Source: Eledone cirrhosa
Lineage: Eukaryota
DNA length: 64,000 nt
Assembly (NCBI GenBank): GCA_964016885.1
Contig: OZ024746.1
Coordinates: forward strand, 79,980,001 to 80,044,000
Direction: 5' to 3'
Position numbers and translations under genes: made by a program
Part shown: positions 11,801-25,279 of the stretch, one piece after another
How the letters are laid out: the number at the start of each line of letters is the position of its first letter
Position numbering within the stretch: the first letter of the stretch is position 1
The notes under the pieces: generated by a model
What the model was told of the DNA's origin: nothing
Seen by the model: the letters and a program-made list of their open reading frames with translations, nothing else
Database searches by the model: none

Positions 11801-12850
11801 AGGTGACCATCTTCAACTACAACTAGGTAGCTACCCCAAATCATACAAGCTCATGATCAATAAAGAATATAAATGCCTAGCAGAAGAACAATGTGCTCAC
11901 TGGTATATTGGCGCCCTAGTTCGATCACCAGCAGCAGAGTTCAAAGAGCAAAGATCAAGTCCAGTCCATGAAATGACATTGTCAAGCCATCGTTTTGGCT
12001 GCCAGCCTCTGCTTCTCTTATCAGCCAACCTTCCTTCCAGGCACAACCTACTCACACCACGAGATTCAAGGTGACCATCTTCAAATACAACTAGGTAGCT
12101 ACCCCAAATCATACAAGCTCGTGGTCAATAAAGAATATAAATGCCTAGCAGAAGAACAATGTGCTCACTGGTATATTGGCGCCCTAGTTCGATCACCAGC
12201 AGCAGAGTTCAAAGAGCAAAGATCAAGTCCAGTCCATGAAATGACATTGTCAAGCCATCGTTTTGGCTGCCAGCCTCTGCTTCTCTTATCAGCCAACCTT
12301 CCTTCCAGGCACAACCTACTCACACCACGAGATTCAAGGTGACCATCTTCAAATACAACTAGGTAGCTACCCCAAATCATACAAGCTCGTGGTCAATAAA
12401 GAATATAAATGCCTAGCAGAAGAACAATGTGTTCACTAGTATATTGGCGCCCTAGCTTTTCGTCCAAGTTAAATATTTATCGATGGGGAAAAGATATAGA
12501 AATTACTCAAATAAGTCCAGATGTCGATGCAACTTCACATGGTCTCCTATATCTCTGCCACTCCACAGCTAATACTAGTAATCTAAATATTCTGAAAACA
12601 GGCTTGATGACTTCAAATCCAATTGCAACATTATATATATGTTGAATGCATTGCATATGAGGGCCGATCGTCGCTCCAGACTTGAAATGCTCTCCTGGAG
12701 TCTTCTCACATTCCAGGAACCAAAATTCAAATGTTGATTCTTTGAAAAATCTCGCCTGGTCCATCTTCGTGTTCTAAAATCTTGCATTAAGACCCGATCA
12801 AACATTCCATCGTGCTCCCTTCACAGTCCTGTCATCTACACTAAATGTGG
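11801..12850 (-). mobile_element. Internally deleted RTE-type LINE derivative, copy 2, with internal 268-bp tandem duplication
   Basis: APE N-terminal motif LNFGSWNVRRL near 12720; GGTGACCATCTTCAA recurs at 11802, 12070, 12338. Confidence 0.8.
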
Positions 12851-12965
12851 ATTGGTGAGTAAATAACCAGAATAAATTAAACTGAGAAGACTGTAGAACC
12901 CTCATACGTCGATATACGACGAGAGAGAGTGTATCATATATATGTGTGTGTGTGTGTGTCTATGT

Positions 12966-13010
<45 letters not shown>

Positions 13011-13124
13011 AATACACACACACATATATATATATTTAAGTGTATGTTTGTATGTATATACTTATGTGCGCGCTTATATAGTTATGTATATATGCACATA
13101 TGTATTCGTGTACGTATATGTGTG

Positions 13125-13222
<98 letters not shown>

Positions 13223-13243
13223 TGTGTGTGTGAGTGTGTGTGT

Positions 13244-13274
<31 letters not shown>

Positions 13275-13718
13275 AGTGTGTGTGTGTGTGAGTGTGTGTG
13301 TGTGTGTGTGTGTGAATGTGCATGTACGTACGCATGTTGAGACATGCCAGCCTGCTTTTGTTCAACAGTAAAAAGACACAAGCGCTACATATACATAAAA
13401 CCGTCTTCAAATTATTCTTTGTACACAGGAAACACTGGCAGTTAAAATCATTAAAGTCGTTTCTAGGTCTCACAATATTTGATAATCTACCATGATGTCT
13501 TCTCATACACAACATTGCCAAAACTTCATAACAAAGAAGTTTTCTATATTTTTCTCTAAATATTTTTCTCTAAATACTATTGCTAGTTTTTCACTGTCTA
13601 CAAAGCTCATTATAACTTCTCATAGCTATCACATACTGCACCAAACTCATCAGTCTATGAACACTTAGTGTGACGTGCTTTTTAAACATATAGTGCATTT
13701 GTAGGGAGCTTTTATATA

Positions 13719-13916
13719 CGAGGGTCGACTGAAATGTTCATGGGCTGATTATGAAGGAGGGATGCTAGACCTACGAAATCTTACATGCATTAATTTCAAA
13801 TCTTCTTATTAATAACTGCATTGCATCTATCCAGAAACAATGCTGAAAAATAAACCTCATTTGGTCATTCCATGAGAGTATCTTGGACAGGCTATAAACT
13901 TTTCAGCCAACCCCCG
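13719..13916. mobile_element. Tc1/mariner-derived MITE
   Basis: Imperfect ~30-bp TIRs CGAGGGTCGACTGAAATGTTCATGGGCTG / CAGGCTATAAACTTTTCAGCCAACCCCCG, flanked by TA. Confidence 0.8.
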
Positions 13917-14056
13917 TATACAAAAGTTATGACTGACACATGGTACCAGCAATGGAAAGACCAATGAAAATGAAGCTTCCTTGGTCCGAGCTGACAGACG
14001 GTTTCTTTCCTGTTTTTTTGTTCCTTTATATATACACACACATTATACTATTATAC

Positions 14057-14242
14057 ATAATTGTTTCTACTGTTGGTACAAGGCCAGCAATTACCCAGTG
14101 TATTACTGGTACTTTATTTTATCGACCCCGTAAGGATGAAAGGCAAAGTTAACCTTGGCGGGATTTGAACTCACAATGGCAAGGGCCATAACTCTATGCA
14201 TCAAAGCATGGCGTCCGACCCTCTACCGATACTGCCAATCCC
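14057..14242 (-). mobile_element. tRNA-derived SINE, short subtype
   Basis: Full match to the family consensus. Confidence 0.92.
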
Positions 14243-14898
14243 CATAGTGGTACTTGTGTTTCCCTTTATTATGTATAAACACAGATTGCACTATCATATA
14301 TGTGTGAATGTCTGTGTATAGAAAGAGAGATGTATATACATACAGCCATCCTTACATACATACGTACATATATATACATACATTCATACATACATACTTA
14401 CATACACACATGCATACGTACATAAATACATTCATACATATATGTATATAGTTCTATGTTGCCTAATTCTTAGTTTATGTTTAATGTCGATGAAAACATG
14501 ACAGAGTCCTTTTTTTGTGATTTGAATACGAAATCAAATATCAAAATATTGCCACAACAATCTTTCCAGTACATTTTTTTATCTGAATAATTCAAAACAT
14601 ATCACATATCTTCCTACTATTAAATATTCGCTAATACATCATCAAAACACAGAAACTAAACATAAAAAATCAGACTCCGAGAAAACTAGTGTTTGTCTGT
14701 GTCAGCGAAAATCATCTGGTAATATTTGCAGATTTAGATAAGTTTATATAGTGGTGAAACGAAAGTGCTAGCTTTTCAAATAAAGTCCTTTGCCAAAAAA
14801 AGAAATAATGTTTTAGTGTTTATGGTAGCATTGAAAGTTATCAGATATTTTGTTCACTCAGGTTTACTAATTCAAGTAGCAAAATATATAAGATTCTA

Positions 14899-15083
14899 AA
14901 TAATTGTTTCTACTATTGGCACAAGGCCAGCAATTACCCAGTACATTACTAGTACTTTATTTTATCGACCCCGTAAGGATGAAAGGCAAAGTTAACCTCG
15001 GCGAGATTTGAACACAGAATGGCAAGGGCCGTAACTCTATGCGTCAAAGCATGGTGTCCGACCCTCTACTGATACTGCCAATC
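14899..15083 (-). mobile_element. tRNA-derived SINE, short subtype
   Basis: Full match to the family consensus. Confidence 0.92.
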
Positions 15084-15129
15084 CACTAAATAAGCAGGGC
15101 GCCTCACTAATGCTAATATATATATATAT

Positions 15130-15237
15130 AACAAAGGAAGTGTGGTAAGGAACCAGGTTGACCATAACGCATGAGAATACTCAATACTTAGGGCAGTAGA
15201 GTGCGTAATAGGAAAAGAGTCATGACACTTTTCCTAT
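15130..15237 (-). mobile_element. PLE-derived tail plus mini-hairpin in (TA)n
   Basis: ATAGGAAAAG-AGTCATGACA-CTTTTCCTAT; tail homologous to 4970-5060. Confidence 0.7.
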
Positions 15238-15318
15238 ATATATATATATATATATATATATAGCATTTTTTCCGATTCCGCCCGACCGTTCCTTCGCTCT
15301 TCCTAATTTCTCATTCTT

Positions 15319-15354
15319 TCTTCTGATGAAGGACTAGCGTCCGAAACGTTAAGA
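15319..15354 (+). ncRNA. Minimal type I hammerhead ribozyme candidate
   Basis: TCTT-CTGATGA-A-GGAC-TAGC-GTCC-GAAA-CG-T-T-AAGA; palindromic AACGTT at stem III. Confidence 0.7.
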
Positions 15355-15490
15355 CCCTCTTCCTGCTATTTCAAGCGCTAACCTGATATATTTCTTTCAT
15401 ATACTGTACCGATTGTGTTGTTATTTCTGTTTACCTTTTACACACACACATATATATATATTTATATATATATATACATATATATATATA

Positions 15491-15625
15491 AATATATTCA
15501 TTTTATTAAGGCTAAATACTTTCGTCTACTTCTCCAAAGTAACAAGACTCACTAATAAAATGAATATTTAAACTCTACTTCGCTATTGAGTACTCTTTTC
15601 TTTCGGCCGTCAACTACACACGGAT
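15491..15625 (+). mobile_element. Short hairpin-plus-tail element after (TA)n
   Basis: ATATTCATTTTATTA / TAATAAAATGAATAT arms, then ACTC...TTGAGTAC. Confidence 0.55.
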
Positions 15626-16289
15626 ATTTTTATGTGTCAGAAATTATATGAATCGCATTGCAAGACATTCTGAAGTTTCATGTTACGAATAGTTTTCACA
15701 GATAAATAATGATACTGAGATTGAAAGTAGAAGTGGTTTGATGTTAAAAAGATAGAAAAATGAATGTATATGATCCAATATATAGCTGGGGGGAGGTTGT
15801 CCTGTATTGTTTTTTTCTTTTCTTTTTTTGTGGAACCAGAAAAGAGTGAAAAGCAGGGAAGTTATAGGAAGACACATAGATTTACAGAATTAGAATGTCA
15901 TGATGAAAAGGCGAGAATGTTCCGGGTTATGTTACACTGTAACGTTACAATAATGAGCGAACTTGAACTTGCTACTTTTAGTTGAGTTGAATCTAAGTAA
16001 ATTTCACTTAATCTATGCTAAGATTCCGCCATGGCCTTGATCTCTTGATGAAATCATAGAGGCGCCAACAACATGATACACGGTATGTCTTGGGCAATTT
16101 AAAACTGGTAGAGCCTATCTCTCGCTAGATCTCAGCACAACCGATTATTTCAAGAGAATAATATATCCTGAGCCCCAGCGAAATATATATATATATCATG
16201 GATGGGATGTGAAAATTACCCTACATACAACTACATATGGACGATGTTTCTAATATATATTTATATATATGTATATAAAAAATATATAC

Positions 16290-16473
16290 TAGAGACTCAT
16301 AAAAAAGAGACTCATAATGAACTCAAGACAATTATTTAAGTTAATGTTCAATATCTCATATTAGCTGTTTAGTAATGATTAATTCGAAATGCACTTAAAC
16401 CGAATTCTATATTATAAATTCACTTAAATAATTATCGTGCCGTCTTGAGTTCGTTATCAGTCTCTATTTTTAT
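16290..16473. repeat. Imperfect inverted repeat next to a TA-rich stretch (MITE or PLE hairpin)
   Basis: AGAGACTCATAATGAACTCAAGAC..ATTATTTAAGT versus ACTTAAATAAT..GTCTTGAGTTCGTTATCAGTCTCT. Confidence 0.55.
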
Positions 16474-18057
16474 AAAAGGATGCCACAGAGTGTACGATAG
16501 ATAATGATTACAATATTTTTGAGCAACAACTCTACTCCCACACTTTTGAAGGTTTATTATAACATTCTGTGGCTCTTTTGAGCTTGCGCATTTTTCAGGT
16601 CTAGTTTAATATTTTTTTAAGGCAACGCTTGTAATAACTCTAGTTAAACATGATATATATTAATAATAAATTATCGTTGTAATGTAATTAGATTATATAA
16701 TTTTTATTTTATAAATGATGTTATAAATATAAGATGTATAAAAATATTTTCAGACTTTTAATATAAACAACTACAAAAAACAATCAATATTAAATAAATA
16801 TATTTTACATAATAATTGTTATAGTTGAATTAATAAAAATTAAATATTACATACAAATAATCTAACATAATAATAAAAAAAATCTAACATAATAATAATA
16901 AAATAATCTAAAATAAAACGAACAATAATATGGACAAATATACAAGTAAATATGATGCAACCAATATTATAAACATGTTATAACGAACTGAAAAAATAGT
17001 TAATATAAATTTTTAAAAATCATATATAAATTAACAATATAAATTACCAAAACGAGAAAAATATTTTGATGATAAAAACGACGAAATACAGGAGGAAGAT
17101 TCGAAAGCGAAACGATAAATAAACGTGCAAACAAAATGGCGGATGCTTTTGAGCAACAATTACTCTCGTTGGTTGATTAGCCAATAAGACGATGGAATTA
17201 GCCAATAAGACGATACATTACAAAACATGTTTGGCAGCGATCACCACGAAAATTGGTAGGTGCAAACCGTATGGGATAAAAGAATATATATATGTGTGTG
17301 TGTGTGTATGTAATACACATACATATACGCATGAGTGTGTGTTTGGTAATCACACTTTTTAAAGTATTTTACAATATGACTATTTTACTGTTTGGGCGTT
17401 GATTAACGAGCGTACTATTATTTATTTATTTAATATCCTAGCTACTTGATACATTAGTATTCTCGCTGTTATTATTTTTAAAAACCAATCAAACCTAATC
17501 AAAGCACACCATTAACACCGTTATCGATCTCCTCCTATAATATCAATATTTTTTCACCCTTAAATGCCCTTTCTTCTGTCATTGTAAGAACAGCTTTACT
17601 ATCCGTTCCTTTATTATGCTACCATCCATGCTTTCTTTCTTTCTTTTTTCGTTCCTTCTTTCTTTCTTTCCCTTTGCTCTCTTTCTTTTCTTCTTTCTTT
17701 CCTTTTCCTCTCTTTCTCTCTTTCCTTTTCCGCTCTTTCTTTTCTTCTTTCTTACTTTCCTTTTTCCTCTCTTTCTTTCATGTTCCTCTCTTTCTTTTCT
17801 TCTTTCTTTCTTTCCTTTTTCTCTCTTTCTTTCTTTCATTTTCCTCTCTTTCTTTTCTTATTACTTTCTTTACTTTTCCTCTCTTTCTTTCTTTCATGTT
17901 CCTCTTTCTTTTCTTCTCTCTGTTTCGGTATGTGTTTGTTTTGTTTATTTTAACGTATTAAATATTTACCATTTACCTCTTAACTTTCAAACACACTAAA
18001 TTGATGAAGAATTAACAAAAATAATTAAAGAACTTATAATAACGAAAATAGCAGCCT

Positions 18058-18065
18058 ACCAACAA

Positions 18066-18096
<31 letters not shown>

Positions 18097-18540
18097 ACCA
18101 GCAACAACAACAACACCAGCAACAACAACAACAACAACAACAAAAGCATAAGACACCAACATTATTGGTGTACTTATGCAACAGCGACAACACCATCAAC
18201 AACAATAAAAACAACAACAATAGCACCAACAATAAAAACATCAACAACAATAAAAACAACAACATCAACAACAATAATAACAACACCAACAATAACAACA
18301 GCTCCAACAATAAGAACAACAATGAAAACAACAACACCAACAATAAAGACAATAACAACAGCACCAACAATAAAAACAACAACAGCACCAGCAATAAGCA
18401 ACAACATCAACGACAATAAAAACAACACCAACAACAACAGCGCCAACAATAACAACAGCACCAACAATAACAACAAAAACAGTACCAACAACAGCAACAA
18501 CTGCAAGTGTAATTAAAGTTAACGTCATCAAAAACAACAT
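18058..18540. repeat. Degenerate (CAA)n trinucleotide array
   Basis: Direct reading; similar arrays at 19150-20120 and 29180-29560. Confidence 0.9.
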
Positions 18541-18594
18541 TTGTAACATTTATTATTTTTCAAATATTAATGACAAAAGACGCAGGAACAACAA

Positions 18595-19130
18595 ATAATT
18601 GTTTCAACTTTTGGCACAAGCCCAGTAATTAACCCAGTGCATTACTGGTACTTTATTTTATCGACCCGGTAAGGATGAAAGGCAAAGTTAACCTCGGTGG
18701 GATTTGAACTCAGAACGCAAAGGGTCATAACTCTATGCTGCAAAGCATGGTGTCTGATGCTCTACCGATACTGCCAATCTATTGTTCTTTTAATAATTTT
18801 TTCTACGTTTGGCACAAGGCCAGCAATTATCCCAGTGCATTACTGGTACTTTATTTTATCGACCCAGTAAGGATGAAAGGCAAAGTTAATCTCGGCGGGA
18901 TTTGAACTCAGAACGCAAAGGGTCATAACTCTATGCTGCAAAGCATGGTGTCTGATGCTCTACCGATACTGCCAATCTATTGTTCTTTTAATAATTTTTT
19001 CTACTTTTGGCACAAGGCCAGCAATTATCCCAGTGCATTACAGGTACTTTATTTTATCGACCCAGTAAGGATGAAAGGCAAAGTTAACCTCGGCAGGATT
19101 TCAACTCAGAACGTAAAGGGCCATAACTCT
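18595..19130 (-). mobile_element. Three tandem SINE copies (198-bp period)
   Basis: Spacer ATTGTTCTTTTAATAATTTTTTCTAC at 18781 and 18979; shared diagnostic GGTGTCTGATGCTCTACC. Confidence 0.9.
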
Positions 19131-19314
19131 GTGCCACAACAACAAATAATGGGAATATAAACAGTAACAACAACAACAACAACAATAGCAGCAGTTAAGA
19201 TGTGAATAGCAACAATAACAACACAGCAACTACAGCCTTGATAATTACCACAGCAACAACAACAACAACAAAATTTACAAACAACGTAAATAACGTTATA
19301 ATAGTTACTACTCC

Positions 19315-19351
<37 letters not shown>

Positions 19352-19532
19352 GCAGCAGCAGCAACAATAACAACAATAACTGGATAAAAAAGAGCATTAC
19401 TGACAAGAACAGTCACAGCCCCGGTGGCTGTGACGACAACAATAACAAGAACCATATAAAAATAACAACTAAAGCTACTACAACAGGAACAACAACCACA
19501 ACAGGAACAACAACAACCACAACAACAACAAC

Positions 19533-19651
<119 letters not shown>

Positions 19652-20354
19652 CAACAGCAACAGAAGCAATAACAATAAAACAATCAAATAACAGTAACTA
19701 CATCATCATCAACAACAACAACAACAAAAACAACACCAACAACAACAACAGTAAAGACGATAGCAACAGCAGCAGCGAAACTCAATAACAACAACAACAA
19801 CAACAACACTAAAAACAACAGGAACTACATCATGAACGGCAGCGACTACAATAACAACAACACTAAAACAACGGGAACTACATCATAAACGACAGCAGCA
19901 ATACCAACAACAACAACAACAGCAGCAGCAAAGCCGATAGCAACAACAACAACACTAAAACAATATGAACTACACGATGAACGAGAACAACAACAACAAC
20001 AACAACAACAACTACAAAAATAACAACAACTACTACTACAAAGAAACAGTGACAACATCAAGAATAGTGCCAGGAACAACATTATGAAATAGAAATAACA
20101 AAAAAACAAGAAAAATAAGAAAAACAATTGCCGAAAAGAACGATGAGAAATTCATTAAACACCAAATAAAAAAAAATTGATTAATATTTTGTTAAAATAT
20201 TAATGGTAATTAAATTTTCAATACGAAACGTCAGATAATGGAAAACGCCAATAATATCAACACCAACCTCTTTTACCACACTACTTTGATGATGATGATG
20301 ATGATGATAGTAGTAGTGGTGGTGGTGGTAGTGGTGGTGGTGGTAGTGGTTGTG

Positions 20355-20393
<39 letters not shown>

Positions 20394-20628
20394 ATGTTGG
20401 TGATGATGGTGGCGGCGGCGGCGGCGGCGGTGTGGTGGCTATGTGTGTATTTTAGATGAAAAGCTGGGTTGAAAGAAATACGAAAGATGAGGTCAATGAA
20501 TGTGCAAGAGTAGAGTAGAGGTAAGAGGGGGGTAGAGTGAGTGAGAGAGAAGAGGGAGTAAGAAAATAAAAAGATATGAAGTAAGTATGGTGGCCAACGA
20601 ATTACATAAATCTAGGGTTAGGCATAAT

Positions 20629-20840
20629 GGTTTCTTATATAGGCACAAGGCCAGCAATTTTGGGGGAGGGGAAAGTCGATTAAATCGACTCCAGTGCGTG
20701 ACTGGTACTTTTTTTTATCGACCCCGTAAGGATGAAAGGCAAAGTTAACCTCGGCGGGATTTGAACTCAGATCATAAAGGGCCGGAACACAGCATGGCGT
20801 CCGACCCTCTACCGATGCTGCTAATCCACCGCCCTTGAGC
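20629..20840 (-). mobile_element. tRNA-derived SINE, long subtype, with 10-bp TSD
   Basis: TAGGCATAAT at 20619-20628 and 20841-20850. Confidence 0.92.
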
Positions 20841-20850
20841 TAGGCATAAT

Positions 20851-21050
20851 AGTACTCTCGCCTATTTCTAATGACCTCCCTCCAATTATAAATTGTAACG
20901 AGTTTTCTGCGAACAGTTTAGATCACTGCATCTCAAACGGAAGTTTTGAACCTCGAGTAAGGAATTTTATCCAGGAGAAGAATTGGGGAGAAATGATAGT
21001 CGAGGAAGGAATCCAAACTGAGAAAGAATAGTGTAAACTGTATGTATATC
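20851..21050 (+). pseudogene. Very decayed CR1-like RT remnant interrupted by the SINE
   Basis: NDLPPIINCNEFSAN resembles INDLP....LFADD; multiple stops. Confidence 0.3.
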
Positions 21051-21466
21051 AAATGAAAAACTAATATGTCTAACTATAAAGGTGAGCAGAAATTAACAGT
21101 TCCCCACCATCACACATGAAAAAAAATAGAAAACTATTTCAGACATAAACGCGTTTGGGATTATAAAATTATAGAGGTTTGAAAGGTTTTCTCGTGTTAA
21201 TATGATGCTCGGGTGAAAATGTTCAAAATGACAGCTGAAAATGGGGGGGGGGGGGGGTGACGTGGGTCGCTTAGACAAAGGGCAATGCTCATGGCATCTC
21301 CAAGCCTTCCATGCCTAATGACAGTAATGCATTGGATATTCAGCTTGAACTTCTTTATGTTTTGGTCCGAAGGAAAAATATGAGCAATACAAGTATACAA
21401 TTCTCAATTGTAAGGCGGATCAGGAGTCAGAGAAAAGTGGGTATTTTTAATATTCTAGGTTTGGTT

Positions 21467-21663
21467 GGGGCGGGGGATTGGCAGTATCGCTAGAAAGTCA
21501 GACAACATGCTTTATGGCATAGGGTTATTCCCCTTTACGAGCTGAGTTCAAATCCCGCTGAGGTTAGCTTTGCCTTTTTACCTTACGGGGGTCGATAAAA
21601 TAAAGTACCAATAATGCACTGGGATTGATTTGTTGGCCTTGTGACTAAATCAGAAATCAATAT
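21467..21663 (+). mobile_element. tRNA-derived SINE, diverged
   Basis: B-box GAGTTCAAATCCCG and core. Confidence 0.85.
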
Positions 21664-22904
21664 TCTACGTATGGATACGAATAACTACAGTATAAATGAA
21701 GCAAGCTAACGATTCAATGGCTTCGTTATACAATGTATCCTTAGACGTATTAAGAGAGTAGGGTGTAACTTTGGCTATCATTTCTAACAATCTAAACGTC
21801 CCCATAGAGATTCACATAATGGTAAATCATAAATTATTTTGTTTGTCCTGTGTAATATTAATTTGTCTTATATTGCAGTTGATGAAAAATAACAGGGTTG
21901 GTTAAAGGTTTCCAACGAATCAATCACTTGCCTACTGCACTTCTTCTTTTTCTTCTTCTTCTTCTTCTTCTTCTTCTTCTTCTTCTTCTTCTTCTTCTTC
22001 TTCTTCTTGATACAGTTGTTGACTTTGTTGCTTCTACTTTTGCAGCTGTTACTGTTGATGATTATGTTGTTAATGTCCTTGTTCTTCTCTAAAGTGAAGC
22101 CTCTTCTTCTTGTAAATGCGGTTCAAAATGGCCGCTCATATATGCAATTTAGCAGCCATCTTTAAATATGATATAAATGAAATCAAAACTGTAATTGTTG
22201 CATCATATGTCGTTGCTTGATACAAAATCTTTAAAGAAAAAATCCTACACGAAAATTTACTTATTCGTTTGTTACTTTTTTTTCTTTTTTTAGTTTTTAG
22301 TTTTTCAAAAAGAGATTTTTATTCAAAATTATGTAATTTTAGATAAAGTATAAAGCCATTACTAGAATAAATTATTGCTGCCTACCTTTAACCAATGTCT
22401 TTATTAATATTCAGGTATCGTTTTTAATAATAAACTTAACGTGTGGACCCTCATTACGGTATCGTTATTTTGATAAAAATAAAACTATTAACGAGAATTT
22501 CTTCGTTGGAAGCTATTGCGTATTTCAAATGTTTAAGAGCGGATTTTATTTCTATGTGGATGAGAAGCAAGCGATTAATCATCAAACGTTTTATATAGTT
22601 TTTCATGCAAAATACGAGGGGGAAAAGCTCATTTATTATCATTATGGAGTGGCGGTACTTTTTGTTAAGTATGACAAACCACTTTTACTTTCTTTCGTTA
22701 ATATTTAAAAGGTCAACTTCCTGTGATAATATATTGATACTTTATTAATATTATCATTATTATTATTGTTGTTGTTGTTGCTGCTGCTACTGCTGCTGTT
22801 GTTGTTGTTCGTGTTCTTGTTCTTGTTTTACAAAACTGGATATAATTACAGTTATAATTATGTTAATGAGGACATTAAAAATACTATTATTATAACTAAT
22901 GTCT

Positions 22905-22921
22905 CTACTACTACTACTACC

Positions 22922-22981
<60 letters not shown>

Positions 22982-23068
22982 GCTGCTGCTTCTACTACTA
23001 CTGCTACTACTACTGCTACTAGTACTACCACTACTACTACTACCACTACTACTATTACTACCACCACC

Positions 23069-23123
<55 letters not shown>

Positions 23124-23158
23124 ACACCACTACTACTACTACTAATAGCACCACCACC

Positions 23159-23202
<44 letters not shown>

Positions 23203-23257
23203 CACTACTACTACTACCACCACCAACACCACTACTACTACTACTAATAGCACCACC

Positions 23258-23347
<90 letters not shown>
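22905..23347. repeat. (TAC/CAC)n trinucleotide array with internal higher-order duplication
   Basis: Direct reading; the unit CCAACACCACTACTACTACTACTAATAGCACC occurs twice. Confidence 0.93.
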
Positions 23348-23348
<1 letters not shown>

Positions 23349-23584
23349 GGGAAATTAAACATTGAAAGTAATATAATCAAGAAACTATTTTTTTTCTCTC
23401 TGAATAATTAAATGTTACAAATAAACTTAAAAGCTCAGCTATTTTTGTATTTCGTAACTATAGTTTATTTTAAATTATCTCTGTATCATTGAGGCTCATG
23501 GGAAAATATGATACTTAATAGCTTCCTTTCGAATGTTTGATTACACACCCCCACACACATATATATATGTATATATATATATAA

Positions 23585-23674
<90 letters not shown>

Positions 23675-23721
23675 TGGAACACATGTATACTTATATCTGT
23701 GTTTACCCCTCTCATATATCC

Positions 23722-23786
<65 letters not shown>

Positions 23787-23796
23787 CCTATGTATT

Positions 23797-23860
<64 letters not shown>

Positions 23861-23861
23861 A

Positions 23862-23950
<89 letters not shown>

Positions 23951-24186
23951 AATACATAGGCACACACACTTATATATATATTTATATATATGTATATAAG
24001 TATATATATATATAAATATGTGTGTGTATGTGTGTCACTGTGTGTGTCTCTCTGTCTGTCTGTCTCTCTCTCTCTCTCTCACTCTCTCTCTCTCTCTCTG
24101 TATGTGTATGTGTGTGTCTGTGTGTGTATGTGTGTGTCTGTGTGTGTATGTATGTGTGTGTATGTGTGTGTGTGTCTCTGTATGTA

Positions 24187-24224
<38 letters not shown>

Positions 24225-24264
24225 CATATATTATATAGTATACATGTAACGGTTTGCAACTTAC

Positions 24265-24350
24265 CATTCAACGTCAATGGATAAACTTTGTCGTCGGCGA
24301 TAATTATCGGCAATCCATTCTCTCCTGTACAGATTACACATGTTGCTGAA
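24265..24350 (-). CDS. Candidate exon, 86 nt (FSNMCNLYRREWIADNYRRRQSLSIDVE.. or SATCVICTGENGLPIIIADDKVYPLTLN..)
   Basis: Acceptor cattcatttttgcag, donor ATG|gtaagt; unique CpG-containing sequence; two frames open. Confidence 0.45.
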
Positions 24351-24669
24351 CTGCAAAAATGAATGTTGAGATTATATATCTAAACAGCAGCTGGATATAT
24401 TTGTATAGACTGGAGGATTTCTACAAATCTATCAGATGAATGTTCATAATTTCGTTTAAACTGGCTTTTAGTACCGAGAGAATCGTAGGAGCGCCGTTGT
24501 GACATTCTTGAGAATTTCAAACCTGGTGGAGCCCATATTTTTCCAAGTCTAATCATTGTCAGTTTCTTCTAGAGAGAGGGAAAGAGAGAAAGAGTGTGTG
24601 TGTATGTGTATGTGTATGGGGGGGGGGGGGGTTGTGAGAGAGAGAGAAAGGGAGATAAAGGATGAATGA

Positions 24670-24790
24670 ACTGGATTGGTATTGGTACTTTATTTATCGA
24701 CCTTGAAAGGATGAAAGGCAAATTTAACTGGCGTGATTTGAACTCTGCAAATCACCTGGCGTTCCTGTGATCTGCCAGTTTGCTGTCTTA
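24670..24790 (-). mobile_element. Old SINE fragment
   Basis: GGTACTTTATTTATCGACCTTGAAAGGATGAAAGGCAAA. Confidence 0.75.
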
Positions 24791-24931
24791 TTGTTCATTA
24801 TACGAATTAGAATTTCTCTTTCAAATTAAACATCTGTATTTTGTCACATTTTAACATATATTGGCTTGCTGGAAACTTACGACCAACGACGCTATCGTTC
24901 ACAAATTGTAATATAATGCGCATAAAATAAT

Positions 24932-25120
24932 TGTTTCTACTTTTGGCACAAGACCAGTAATTACCCCAGTGCATTACTGTTACTTTATTTTATCGACCCC
25001 CATAAGGATGAAAGGCAAAGTTAACCTCGGCAGGATTTGAACTCAGACCGCAAAGGGGCGTAACTCTATGCTGCAAAGCATGGCGTCTGACCCTCTACCG
25101 ATACTGCCAATCCCCCGCCC
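24932..25120 (-). mobile_element. tRNA-derived SINE, short subtype, probable TSD CATAAAATAAT
   Basis: Consensus match; repeat at 24921-24931 and 25134-25144. Confidence 0.9.
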
Positions 25121-25279
25121 AACACATAAAACACATAAAATAATAAATAGTACAAGTTTCAAAATAACTTAAGTCTATAGTCAATTGGTTTACTAGAAAT
25201 AGCAACCAAAGTCAAAAATTATCCGCACTCTTGCTTTTTTTTTCACTAAATTTACAAAAAAAACGTCATTTTTCTACAG

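Noticed and set aside
11801-12450. CRISPR-like or coding tandem array
   Set aside because: Units are 268-bp near-identical LINE fragments with no unique spacers, in a eukaryotic context.
22766-23365. Mucin-like ORF with apparent signal peptide and poly-Thr
   Set aside because: The hydrophobic start is a (TTG/CTG)n repeat beginning at TTG, and the Thr run is a (TAC)n array open in several frames.
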